Shown: positions 49,351 to 57,480 of the stretch, piece by piece | Layout of the letters: each line of letters opens with the position of its first letter | Numbering within the stretch: position 1 is the stretch's first letter | NCBI GenBank assembly: GCA_965151385.1 | Contig: CBCTZJ010000005.1 | Coordinates: 6,935 to 70,934 of the forward strand | Direction of reading: 5' to 3' | Origin: an uncultured Collinsella sp. | Lineage (GTDB): Bacteria; Actinomycetota; Coriobacteriia; Coriobacteriales; Coriobacteriaceae | DNA: 64,000 bases | Position numbers and translations under genes: made by a program | The notes under the pieces: generated by a model | Database searches by the model: none | Told to the model about the DNA's origin: nothing | Seen by the model: only the letters and a program-made list of their open reading frames with translations

Positions 49351-49972
49351 TTTCTAGCCTACTTGGCGTTTGTGCTTAGAGCTTCTAGCTGCAACTGTTG
49401 TTGATATCCGGAGAAGAAAAATTACTAAGATTGGTTCATAGTCTGTGCGTTTGATAGAAACTAATCGACCTGCGTCGACATCCGCGGAGATGCTGCGGGC
49501 GATTCGCTGTTTACGTTCACATTGCTCGCCATTCTGGCCATCGGCTACATTGCCTTCGCCGTGCTGTTTGTCTGTTTCAAGATATTCATCGACAGGCTCG
49601 TCGCCCGCTGGCGCCATAACGCTTTGACCGAGAGCGAGCGGGCGTGGGCGCAGGACGGGGAGCGGGCTGCCCTGTCGCTGTGAGGGAGGATCTGTTCTCT
49701 CGAGAGCTGTGAAAAGCCCTCGGCATCGGCAGGCGGGTCAGCTCAAAGGACATAGCCACGATTCTTCTGACGAGGGCTACGTTCGCGGTCAACGTCGCGA
49801 CGATGGCGCTGGGCCTCGCTGCTTAGCTACCTCGGGCAGTGTGGCCGCACCTTTTGCCGAAACGGGCGTTCTTTTTGCCGAGTGGCCGCTGTCGTCCGCT
49901 TTCGCTAAAAGCTACAAAGTGGGAAAATGGCCGATGTACCAAAGGCTCGATTGAGGAAGCAGGAGCACTGGC

Positions 49973-51583
49973 ATGTCGCGCAAACCTAAGCGTCTCGAAC
50001 CGTTCGGCATCAAGGGGATTGAAGTCTCCAGGTTCCGTGCCATGCACGATCTCGAGATTGGGCTCGGGCAGCTCGTTACCGTGATAGCGGGACAGAATGG
50101 GACGAGCAAGTCCACCATATTGGGCATGCTGGGGCAACCGTTCGGGCTCAGGGACAGGAGGACCATCTTCGGTAGGCCGTTCAGCACCAAGTTCACCGAC
50201 ATATTCAACATGTCGCCCGAGCACGATATCCCGGGCGAGCATCTCTATTACGTCGATTTCAGGGACGAGGCCATTTCCGGATCCCAGGGGCAGCACGTCC
50301 AGGTCAAATCGTTTAAGCGTCCCGCAAAAGACAAATCTTCCATTCGTATCGTGACCGGCTCCTCCCGAGCCAAGGGCGAGGGTAACATTGACTACCCCGT
50401 AATCTACCTCGGCCTGAAAAGGACCAACCCGGTCGGCGAGTTCCTTAACCCGCAGGCCGAGCAGACGGACTTTTCGGAAAGCGAGATCGAGCGCTTTAAC
50501 CAGTGGTACGCTCGCGTTATGGTCGACCAGGAAAAAACCACCGATGTTGTCAGGATGTCGAAGCACGGCCAGAAGGAGACCCTTCTCGTCAACACCGCCA
50601 CCTACGACTACCTCGCCAACTCCGCCGGGCAGGACAACCTTGGACAGATATTGGGCGCCCTCATCTCCTTTGAGCGGCTCGCCGACGTCATGGGCGAGGA
50701 GTACAGGGGTGGCCTTCTCCTGATCGACGAGCTCGACGTGACTCTGTTCCCCTCCTCCCAGGTGAGACTTTTCGATTTGCTGAAGGAGCGGGCCGCTGCT
50801 CAGAGGGTGCAGGTTGTTTTCACCACCCACTCGATGACGCTCCTTGAGAAGGCCGTCAAGGAGACGCAGGGCAAAAACGATGCGGTTAAGGTCCTGTATC
50901 TCAAGAAGAGGGAGTCCGGGATCAGGCTGACGATAAATCCGCCGATAGACGAGATTCAAGCCGACCTCATGGTTGAGCCGCTGAGGCCGAAAAAGGGCCC
51001 CAAGGTCGAAATCTGGTGCGAGGACGACGAGGCGAAGTGGGTGCTCGGGCAGATAATGCCTTCGCGGCTGAAGCGGAAATGCGATATTGTCTCCGCGAAG
51101 CTCAGCTGCGGCGAGCTGGGAGAGCTCGCCGTTAGGGACATAGCCTCGCTGCGAGGCGTGTGCTTCGTTGTGGACGCCGATTCAAACAGGGGTGCGGCAA
51201 AGAAGATAAAGGATTGCGCCAGAAGATTCGTGCTACCTGGAGGCGACAAGTCGCCTGAGCAGTCCATATACGATTTGCTTTGCGGCCTCTCGGACGAAGA
51301 CGACTTTTGGAGCAATGGCAGGCATTACACCAAGCAGGTCATGCTCAGCCGATTTGCCGACTCAAAGCGCGACTTCGAGCACAACGGCGGGGATAAGGAG
51401 CGCAAGCACTACAAGAAATGGTTCAGGAGAGAAAAGGCCGAAGGGCTGTGGGGCGAAAACGGCTTGGCTGTCGCCGCCATCTGGAAAGAGAGGTATGAAT
51501 CGGAGATTAGGGACTTTAACGAGAAACTCGAGCGAAGAGTTGACGCAATCATAAAACGGCAGCAGTATGAACGGGAACAATAG
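49973..51583 (+). CDS. OLD-family-like ATPase with C-terminal Toprim-like region
   Basis: Walker A GQNGTSKST and Walker B LLLIDELDVTLFP. The C-terminus has EIWCEDDEAKW (Toprim Glu) and, about 55 aa later, CFVVDADSN (DxD). Confidence 0.6.
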   Translation: MSRKPKRLEPFGIKGIEVSRFRAMHDLEIGLGQLVTVIAGQNGTSKSTILGMLGQPFGLRDRRTIFGRPFSTKFTDIFNMSPEHDIPGEHLYYVDFRDEAISGSQGQHVQVKSFKRPAKDKSSIRIVTGSSRAKGEGNIDYPVIYLGLKRTNPVGEFLNPQAEQTDFSESEIERFNQWYARVMVDQEKTTDVVRMSKHGQKETLLVNTATYDYLANSAGQDNLGQILGALISFERLADVMGEEYRGGLLLIDELDVTLFPSSQVRLFDLLKERAAAQRVQVVFTTHSMTLLEKAVKETQGKNDAVKVLYLKKRESGIRLTINPPIDEIQADLMVEPLRPKKGPKVEIWCEDDEAKWVLGQIMPSRLKRKCDIVSAKLSCGELGELAVRDIASLRGVCFVVDADSNRGAAKKIKDCARRFVLPGGDKSPEQSIYDLLCGLSDEDDFWSNGRHYTKQVMLSRFADSKRDFEHNGGDKERKHYKKWFRREKAEGLWGENGLAVAAIWKERYESEIRDFNEKLERRVDAIIKRQQYEREQ

Positions 51584-51620
51584 AGAGGCCGCTTGTTCGA
51601 CACATTGAGGAGGTGAGAAG

Positions 51621-52454
51621 ATGGCGACTACGTACACGCCCATCAGGTATCCTGGCGGGAAGACGAAGCTGTACCCCGAGATCAGGGCGATCCTCGAGAT
51701 GAACGACTTGCTTGGGCATCCCTACGCCGAGCTGTTCGCCGGCGGTGCGGGGCTGGCCATCAAACTTCTCCTGAAGGGCGACGTGTCCTCGATCGTGATT
51801 AATGATTACGACCGCGCCGTGTACTGCATGTGGGGTGCCATCGTCAATCACGCCGAAGAGATGTGCGAGTTCATCGACTCCGCCGTCTTGAACATCGAGA
51901 CCTGGAAGAAGATGCGCGACATGTACCAGAATCATGACGGGGTGGGTGATTTTGAGCTCGGCAAAGCGGCTTTCTACCTCAACAGGACGAACGTGTCGGG
52001 TATCTTGAGTGGCGGCGTCATAGGCGGGCTCGAGCAGACCGGCAACTACAAGATGGACGTTCGCTTCAACCGCAGGACCTTGAAGAAAAAGGTCATGGAC
52101 ATCGCGGCGCGAAGGGACGACATTGAGGTGACGAGACTCGACGCGGAGGACTTCATCGACGATAGGATGGGCGACTCTGAACTGTTTGCCTACCTCGACC
52201 CGCCGTATGTGCAGAAGGGCCCCGGTCTGTATCGCAGCGCGTTCGACGAGGCGAAGCATAGGTCGCTCGCCCGAAAGGTCGGCGATGCCAGGAGCAAGTG
52301 GGTCGTGACCTACGATGCCGACAAGCTCATCGACGACATCTACGGCAATTACGAGCGCGGGGACCTTGAGATTAGCTACACGGCCAACGTGAAGACCGTC
52401 GGCAGGGAGAAAATCATTCTCGGACCGGGCCTTGTCTGGCCTGAAGAGCTCTGA
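51621..52454 (+). CDS. dam: DNA adenine methyltransferase (Dam / D12 class)
   Basis: The N-terminal YPGGKTKLYPEI SAM-binding motif and the catalytic DPPY (YLDPPYVQKG). ggaggtg SD. Confidence 0.88.
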   Translation: MATTYTPIRYPGGKTKLYPEIRAILEMNDLLGHPYAELFAGGAGLAIKLLLKGDVSSIVINDYDRAVYCMWGAIVNHAEEMCEFIDSAVLNIETWKKMRDMYQNHDGVGDFELGKAAFYLNRTNVSGILSGGVIGGLEQTGNYKMDVRFNRRTLKKKVMDIAARRDDIEVTRLDAEDFIDDRMGDSELFAYLDPPYVQKGPGLYRSAFDEAKHRSLARKVGDARSKWVVTYDADKLIDDIYGNYERGDLEISYTANVKTVGREKIILGPGLVWPEEL

Positions 52455-52472
52455 CGCTTGGGGCTCACCCCC

Positions 52473-52508
52473 TTATGTTTCAAAAAGGCCACACTTTTTG
52501 AAACATAA
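52473..52508. repeat. perfect 15-bp AT-rich inverted repeat 19 nt after the dam stop
   Basis: ttatgtttcaaaaag / ctttttgaaacataa with loop gccaca. Confidence 0.85.
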
Positions 52509-52614
52509 CCCAAAAGTTGAGCCTTGATGCGCTGCCCTAAACCCTCCTTACCGTTCGCCTGCGTTTGCATTGGTGCTGTACGCAGCTAGGATATGCGCGT
52601 CGCGACAGCCCATC

Positions 52615-52692
52615 TTACGGCCGCGGTCGGCGGCTGGCCTTTATCGAACGGGCGTGAACGTCGAGCCCTGTGAAAGTGTTAACATTGTTCAT
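52615..52692 (-). mobile_element. IS110-family transposase N-terminal fragment (remnant)
   Basis: MNNVNTFTGLDVHARSIKA resembles the DEDD transposase N-terminus (xGxDVHxxS). It is truncated after about 25 codons. Confidence 0.35.
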
Positions 52693-52899
52693 CGAATGCC
52701 CCTTCCATGAATGCGGTGTAGGCGCTGGTTGTTTGAACGCCATTATTGTCGGCCTAATCCGCGGATAAGCATGCAGGAGGGTTTTCCGGCTTTTCATGTC
52801 CTGCTCATAGCGTCTTGCTTTAGTTTTTCTGATGTTGCCAAGACTTATCCGGTTTTGAGCTTTTGTCCGATAAATCTCTTGCTGTTCGTCCAGATCCAT

Positions 52900-53165
52900 T
52901 GATTTGACAATCGTTTGGGCCTTTTAGCACGGTATCCTTCGAGTGTAACCAGAACTGTATTTCCTTGGGAGGCGAATCTATACAGACATTGATGCCTCTT
53001 CGCACGACTGACGGACTTGATAAAAAGGACCTTGGCATAGGTAAAAAGTGACTCGCGAAAGACGGGGCTCGCCGTAAGCACAAGAATAACGCGTGTTCGA
53101 CCTCGTCGGTGGTCAACGAAGGCGCCTAGCGGGGTTCCGATGTAAAGCGGGTGGACCTTGAGGCC
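52900..53165 (-). mobile_element. IS66-family TnpB (Orf2)-like remnant, frameshifted
   Basis: VDHRRG...SPVFRESLFTY resembles TDMRKG...DPFSGxLFVF. A second frame gives KEIQFW, which resembles EEGQFIWP. The fragment is degenerate. Confidence 0.35.
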
Positions 53166-53199
53166 TCTGCGGTACCCCGCTTCTTCCGTTATGACGTCA

Positions 53200-53544
53200 G
53201 ATTCGGTGAGCTGCGCGTTGTTGGCCAAAGCGAGCCCCGCCGATAAGGTTGCTGCAATCAAAGACCCCGAGGTGCTCGTCAGCGTACACCACTTGAAGTC
53301 CAATTCCGACAACTTCCGCGCGAGCTCCATCCAGGGCGTCATGAAGCGCGTGAAGGCCAAAGGCGTGCCCGTGGTGGTCTACGAGCCCACGCTGGACGCG
53401 CCGGAGTTCTTCGGCTCCGAGGTGACCCACGACCTGGAGGCCTTCAAGGCCGGCTGCGACGTGATCGTCGCCAACCGCTGGAGCGACGAGCTCGCGGACG
53501 TGGCGGACAAGGTGTACACGAGGGATCTGTTTAAGCGGGACTAG
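53200..53544 (+). pseudogene. ugd 3-prime fragment, copy 3
   Basis: 53305-53519 is identical to ugd 45823-46037. The upstream ~100 nt still read as a diverged Ugd (LLAKASP...[21 protein letters not shown]). The 5-prime boundary is approximate. Confidence 0.9.
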
Positions 53545-53609
53545 GGACTAGGGGAGAGAGCAGAACCAGGCTGAACGGCTTCAATCATTCGCTAGCTTAA
53601 CCGCGTCGA

Positions 53610-53660
53610 GGGCGGGGTGTATCGGCTAATACCGATACACCCCGCCCTTCGTTGTTCTTT
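53610..53660 (+). terminator. strong intrinsic terminator after ugd copy 3
   Basis: 16-bp perfect stem gggcggggtgtatcgg / ccgatacaccccgccc, loop ctaata, then ttcgttgttcttt. Confidence 0.85.
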
Positions 53661-53858
53661 GCAATTAAAATTCGCCTAATTCGAGCGAGCGTAGGCCATC
53701 ATTTATTGGAATGCGGGTGTTGATAACGCATTGGGACCGTTGGCCCCGTGTTCTACGCGGAAACATATACTGCTAATGGCAGGAATTAATCATCCCTATA
53801 TAGAAGCCGTTTGATTAAACTAATAGTGTGAAATGAAGCTAATTATTTAAGGTCAGTA

Positions 53859-55406
53859 ATGGTGCTCCAATCCTATGACAAGCTTTTCGCTCCTTCCAAG
53901 GCCTACTGGGCTTATTGGCAAGAGCTTACGGAGGATGCTGTCTACAACGGACTAATTATTGAAGGATGGTTTGCCGACAAACTACCTCCTATTTTTACGG
54001 CTGAAAAATTTCTTTCTTATTGCAATAATCGCAAAATGGCAAGTAACAATTCGCCCTCAGATTGGATTAGATTTAATTACATACGTTGCAATGGTCAATA
54101 TCGAGAGTTTGGCATTCCGACCCCCTTTACATATGAGCGCTTGGCACGCGGTATAGCCGATAGCTGGAACGAAATAGTTTGTCACGTTCAAAAACAAACT
54201 TTATTGCAGTCTTATTCGGTTAGCAGAATTCATCCTCGCTTGATTCCTGATTCGCAGGCTATTTTCCAAATGAACTATTCAAACTGGATGAACGACCCTA
54301 GTCCAGAACCTGCCATTCTTATTGGGAAGCAATATGTTGTCAAATGCGACATATCCACCTGTTTTCCAAGTATATATACGCATTCTTTGTCGTGGGCGAT
54401 TATGGGTAGGGATAGGGCGAAACAAGACAGGACAGTTCGTCCAGATAACTGGGCGAATAAAATTGACAAATTGCTTCAAAATGTGTCCGACGGTGAGACC
54501 CACGGGCTATTGATTGGACCACATTCTTCGAATGTAGTCTCAGAACTAATTCTTACAGTCATCGATGCCAATTTATACAATAAAGGCTATCGATTTATTC
54601 GTAATATTGATGATTACAACTGTTACGTCGCTTCACAACAAGAGGGCGAGGGTTTTATCCTCTCGTTACAAGAAGAACTGTCCAAGTTTCGCCTGAGACT
54701 GAATCAAAAGAAAACTGAGGTACTGGAATTACCCATGGCGCTCTCACAAAGCTGGGTGAATTCTTTAAGGCGTAATGAGCCAATTAAGTCGGATCCGCTT
54801 GGATACAAGGACGTGTCATCCTTTTTGGAATACGCGATCAGCCTACTTCCCTCTTATCAAAATAATGCCTCAATATTGTTGTATGCATTTAAAATGCTCA
54901 CATCGCATTCGTTGAACCCTTCGGCAAAAGCCTATTTTCGAGATTTTGCTATACACCTCGCAATCGTATATCCATACCTTCTGCCGACATTTGAGGAAAC
55001 GGTAATTGAGCCGTTGAACATGAGCGAGGAATATATCGAGTGCCTCTCAAACAGCATCATCTATGAGTGCCTTAATCGTGGCGACTATCTTTCGGTTTGC
55101 TACGGACTTTACTACGCAATTAAATATGACTTTGAAATTGATGTACCCGAATTTGAGGATATCGAAAAGTCCAATGACTGCCTGCTGTATTTATTCGTCT
55201 ATTTATACGCCAAGCACTTTAAAAATAAAGCTTTGCTTGATCGGCTAAACGATCTTGCAGAGGAATTTCCTGAAGAAGGTCGCGAATTTGAAGAGATGTG
55301 GCTTTTTCTCTACCATATACGATCAAAAGAGTGCTTACCGTCTGATGAGTGGAAGGCCATTAAAAAGAGGGGAATCAAGTTCATTAAACCCGAATATTTA
55401 AAATAA
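53859..55406 (+). CDS. reverse transcriptase, Abi/UG (defence-associated) class
   Basis: RT motifs in order: REFGIPTP; VVKCDISTCFPSIY (motif A, D164); GLLIGPHSSNVVSEL (B); FIRNIDDYN (C, D251-D252); LRLNQKKTEV (D/E). A ~220-aa helical C-terminal extension follows. The two 60-nt samples counted are 35-42% GC. Confidence 0.85.
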   Translation: MVLQSYDKLFAPSKAYWAYWQELTEDAVYNGLIIEGWFADKLPPIFTAEKFLSYCNNRKMASNNSPSDWIRFNYIRCNGQYREFGIPTPFTYERLARGIADSWNEIVCHVQKQTLLQSYSVSRIHPRLIPDSQAIFQMNYSNWMNDPSPEPAILIGKQYVVKCDISTCFPSIYTHSLSWAIMGRDRAKQDRTVRPDNWANKIDKLLQNVSDGETHGLLIGPHSSNVVSELILTVIDANLYNKGYRFIRNIDDYNCYVASQQEGEGFILSLQEELSKFRLRLNQKKTEVLELPMALSQSWVNSLRRNEPIKSDPLGYKDVSSFLEYAISLLPSYQNNASILLYAFKMLTSHSLNPSAKAYFRDFAIHLAIVYPYLLPTFEETVIEPLNMSEEYIECLSNSIIYECLNRGDYLSVCYGLYYAIKYDFEIDVPEFEDIEKSNDCLLYLFVYLYAKHFKNKALLDRLNDLAEEFPEEGREFEEMWLFLYHIRSKECLPSDEWKAIKKRGIKFIKPEYLK

Positions 55407-55445
55407 TGACTGGATGTAATTATTTTCGTCTGCAGAGGTGCAACT

Positions 55446-57239
55446 ATGACTGGGCGTATTCCTTGGACGCGATATTCAGGTGAAGATATAGAATCGGTTC
55501 TAGCGACGTTAATTTCTCTTGAAGAGCGTGACGCCATTAAAATTCGACCTTCTAGGGGCGATGGTGGAATTGATCTTATCGTTTACCCTGATACCGAAAC
55601 GGTCAATGTATATCAAATTAAGAAATTTGCTGAAAACCTAAAGAGCAGTCAGAAGGCTCAGATTGAGAATTCGTGGAAAGAATTATTGACAACTACTGCT
55701 GATTTGCATTTAAAAATCAATAACTGGCATCTTGTGATGCCATTAGATCCCACAAACGAGAATCTAAGATGGGCTAAGGAACTGGTTGAACCTTCTGGTA
55801 CTAAATTCATCTGGGATGGCCTTTCAAGAGTTGATGGCTGGGCGTCCAAACACCCAGAAGTAATAAATTATTACTTTTCAAATGGAAAAGAAGAGGTCTC
55901 TGAGTATGCTGCGAAGCTGCTCTCCTTGGCCAATCTTCCAGACTGCAGCGATCCAGCCATTCTCGAGAGTAGGCTGCGCGATCTTTGTTCCAATCTAGAT
56001 AAACTGGATCCATACTATGCATATTCAGTTCACGTGCTCTCAGAATACGACAAACGCGATGATCTTTGCCCACGTGTCCCTGGTGTTGTTATGTCCCAAA
56101 TTCTAGTAACCCCTGGAGCGGGCCGAATCGCAATCGACGTAATTGAAAAAACGCCAATTGCTTCAATGCTGCATCCATTAACCTTTTCAGTGAAAATCAT
56201 TGCAGGGACCGACGATGAAAAAGAGCAAGCCCAGAATTTTATTGAATATGGCGTGCCCTTCTCTTCGTTGCCAGCGGAAGTAATTGATCAAAATTGCCAA
56301 TTACCTGTTGGACGTTCCTGCGATGGTATTCGAAAGGGAATCATTAAGGCCCTTGACCTGCCCGTATCAAATTGCATAAGAACGGCCTCTTTATTCTGGG
56401 AAGGATGCGGTGAACTGCGGTTAATAGTTGACAAAGCCACCCATGGAACTAAAGGGGTATTCTTTTCTGCCCACGATGCGACGGAAACATTCAGATTGAA
56501 CTTTAAGTGGAATGCAAGTCAGCCCGGCGGCACCATTAACTACGAGTTTTCATTTAGCAATTTAGCCAATAAACGCTCTCGAGACGTTGCAAGAACCTAT
56601 CGATTCTTAAGCGAAGCCACTGATAAAAAAGTTGAGCTCCGAATCAATGGCATGAGCGCTCTCTATTTTAATCTCGGCATTAGGGAAGATCTGGTTGTGA
56701 CAGTTAATGATATATACAGTCTGGCGGTTGCGTTAGAAACCGTTAACGGGGCCGCGGACAGCGAGATGCCATTTCCTGACCTTTGTGAAGCTACTAGAGG
56801 AGAAATTGCAAATCTAAGAGTTGCAGCAAGGCTGCTCGATGGCGAAGCAGTTGTATATAGCTGGGAATCACATGGGTTTAATCTAGAAGGGGATGAAGTC
56901 CAAAACTTTGAATACCCCTCTTTAGCGCGCTGGATTAAGCCTTTAGCTGTTAAGCTTGGAAGCAAAGAGGCATTCTGCGGTTTTGCGCAGACTACTCTAG
57001 TAATTGGTTCTTCAGAGTGCTCAACAGACCAAATAAATGATTCTGAACGTAAGCTAGTCTTAAACCCAGATGATCAGTACGGTAACAAAGCTATATGTGT
57101 AATGGTTTCACCAAATGAAGATGTACTGAAGGACCGAGATACTTTATGGACCGTTCGTCCTCCAAAAGTAGACGACTGGTTAACAATGGTTGAAGCTGCC
57201 GAATCATCAGCTGGAGGTTTAAAGCAATTGTCAAAGTAG
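55446..57239 (+). CDS. PD-(D/E)xK (Mrr-like) nuclease-domain protein with a large uncharacterised C-terminal region
   Basis: The N-terminus reads SGEDIESVLATLI...RGDGGIDLIVYP...VYQIKKF (D..D...QxK signature). The remaining ~450 aa have no motif I recognise. It lies 40 nt downstream of the RT on the same strand and has similarly low GC. Confidence 0.6.
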   Translation: MTGRIPWTRYSGEDIESVLATLISLEERDAIKIRPSRGDGGIDLIVYPDTETVNVYQIKKFAENLKSSQKAQIENSWKELLTTTADLHLKINNWHLVMPLDPTNENLRWAKELVEPSGTKFIWDGLSRVDGWASKHPEVINYYFSNGKEEVSEYAAKLLSLANLPDCSDPAILESRLRDLCSNLDKLDPYYAYSVHVLSEYDKRDDLCPRVPGVVMSQILVTPGAGRIAIDVIEKTPIASMLHPLTFSVKIIAGTDDEKEQAQNFIEYGVPFSSLPAEVIDQNCQLPVGRSCDGIRKGIIKALDLPVSNCIRTASLFWEGCGELRLIVDKATHGTKGVFFSAHDATETFRLNFKWNASQPGGTINYEFSFSNLANKRSRDVARTYRFLSEATDKKVELRINGMSALYFNLGIREDLVVTVNDIYSLAVALETVNGAADSEMPFPDLCEATRGEIANLRVAARLLDGEAVVYSWESHGFNLEGDEVQNFEYPSLARWIKPLAVKLGSKEAFCGFAQTTLVIGSSECSTDQINDSERKLVLNPDDQYGNKAICVMVSPNEDVLKDRDTLWTVRPPKVDDWLTMVEAAESSAGGLKQLSK

Positions 57240-57480
57240 GCTATTCTTACGATTTCCACCTGTAAGGGTCCTTTGTTACAGACTTAGGATTTTATGAACG
57301 CCAATCGACTCGAGGCGATTCATCCTTTCACCGATTGGCAAAACGATTTACACCTAATTTTGCGAATCGATTACAGGCTTTTAGCCTGCCCGTGCCTTGA
57401 TCTCGCTACACTAATACCTACTGCTACCAGGACATTTCCTGGTACATCTTTCATTGGCTCTTGCGAAGATCGGAGCGGTT

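Noticed and set aside
49465-49683. Small high-GC ORF encoding a TM helix plus basic tail (…LLAILAIGYIAFAVLFVCFKIFIDRLVARWRHNALTESERAWAQDGERAALSL)
   Set aside because: There is no ATG or GTG start in frame (only TTG at 49522 without a clear SD), and it is below the track threshold. It could be a remnant of a truncated gene, so it is not called.
49354-49954. ORFs 49354-49617 (-), 49445-49627 (+), 49586-49792 (-) and 49709-49954 (+) in the gap before the OLD-like gene
   Set aside because: They overlap one another, have no SD or motifs and have biased Arg/Ser/Ala composition. They are more likely non-coding or decayed sequence.
52845-53360. 171-aa minus-strand ORF treated as an intact gene
   Set aside because: Its N-terminal third is merely the antisense shadow of ugd copy 3; the same [19 protein letters not shown] peptide appears opposite all three ugd tails. 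The remainder is the frameshifted IS66 TnpB-like remnant.
53859-55406. Retron, group II intron or DGR interpretation of the reverse transcriptase
   Set aside because: I saw no maturase or endonuclease domain. There are no intron-like structured flanks and no retron-type inverted repeats (a1/a2) or msr/msd candidates in the 210 nt upstream. There is no template/variable repeat pair or Avd-like gene for a DGR. The motif C context (RNIDDY) and the helical C-terminal extension fit the Abi/UG class better.
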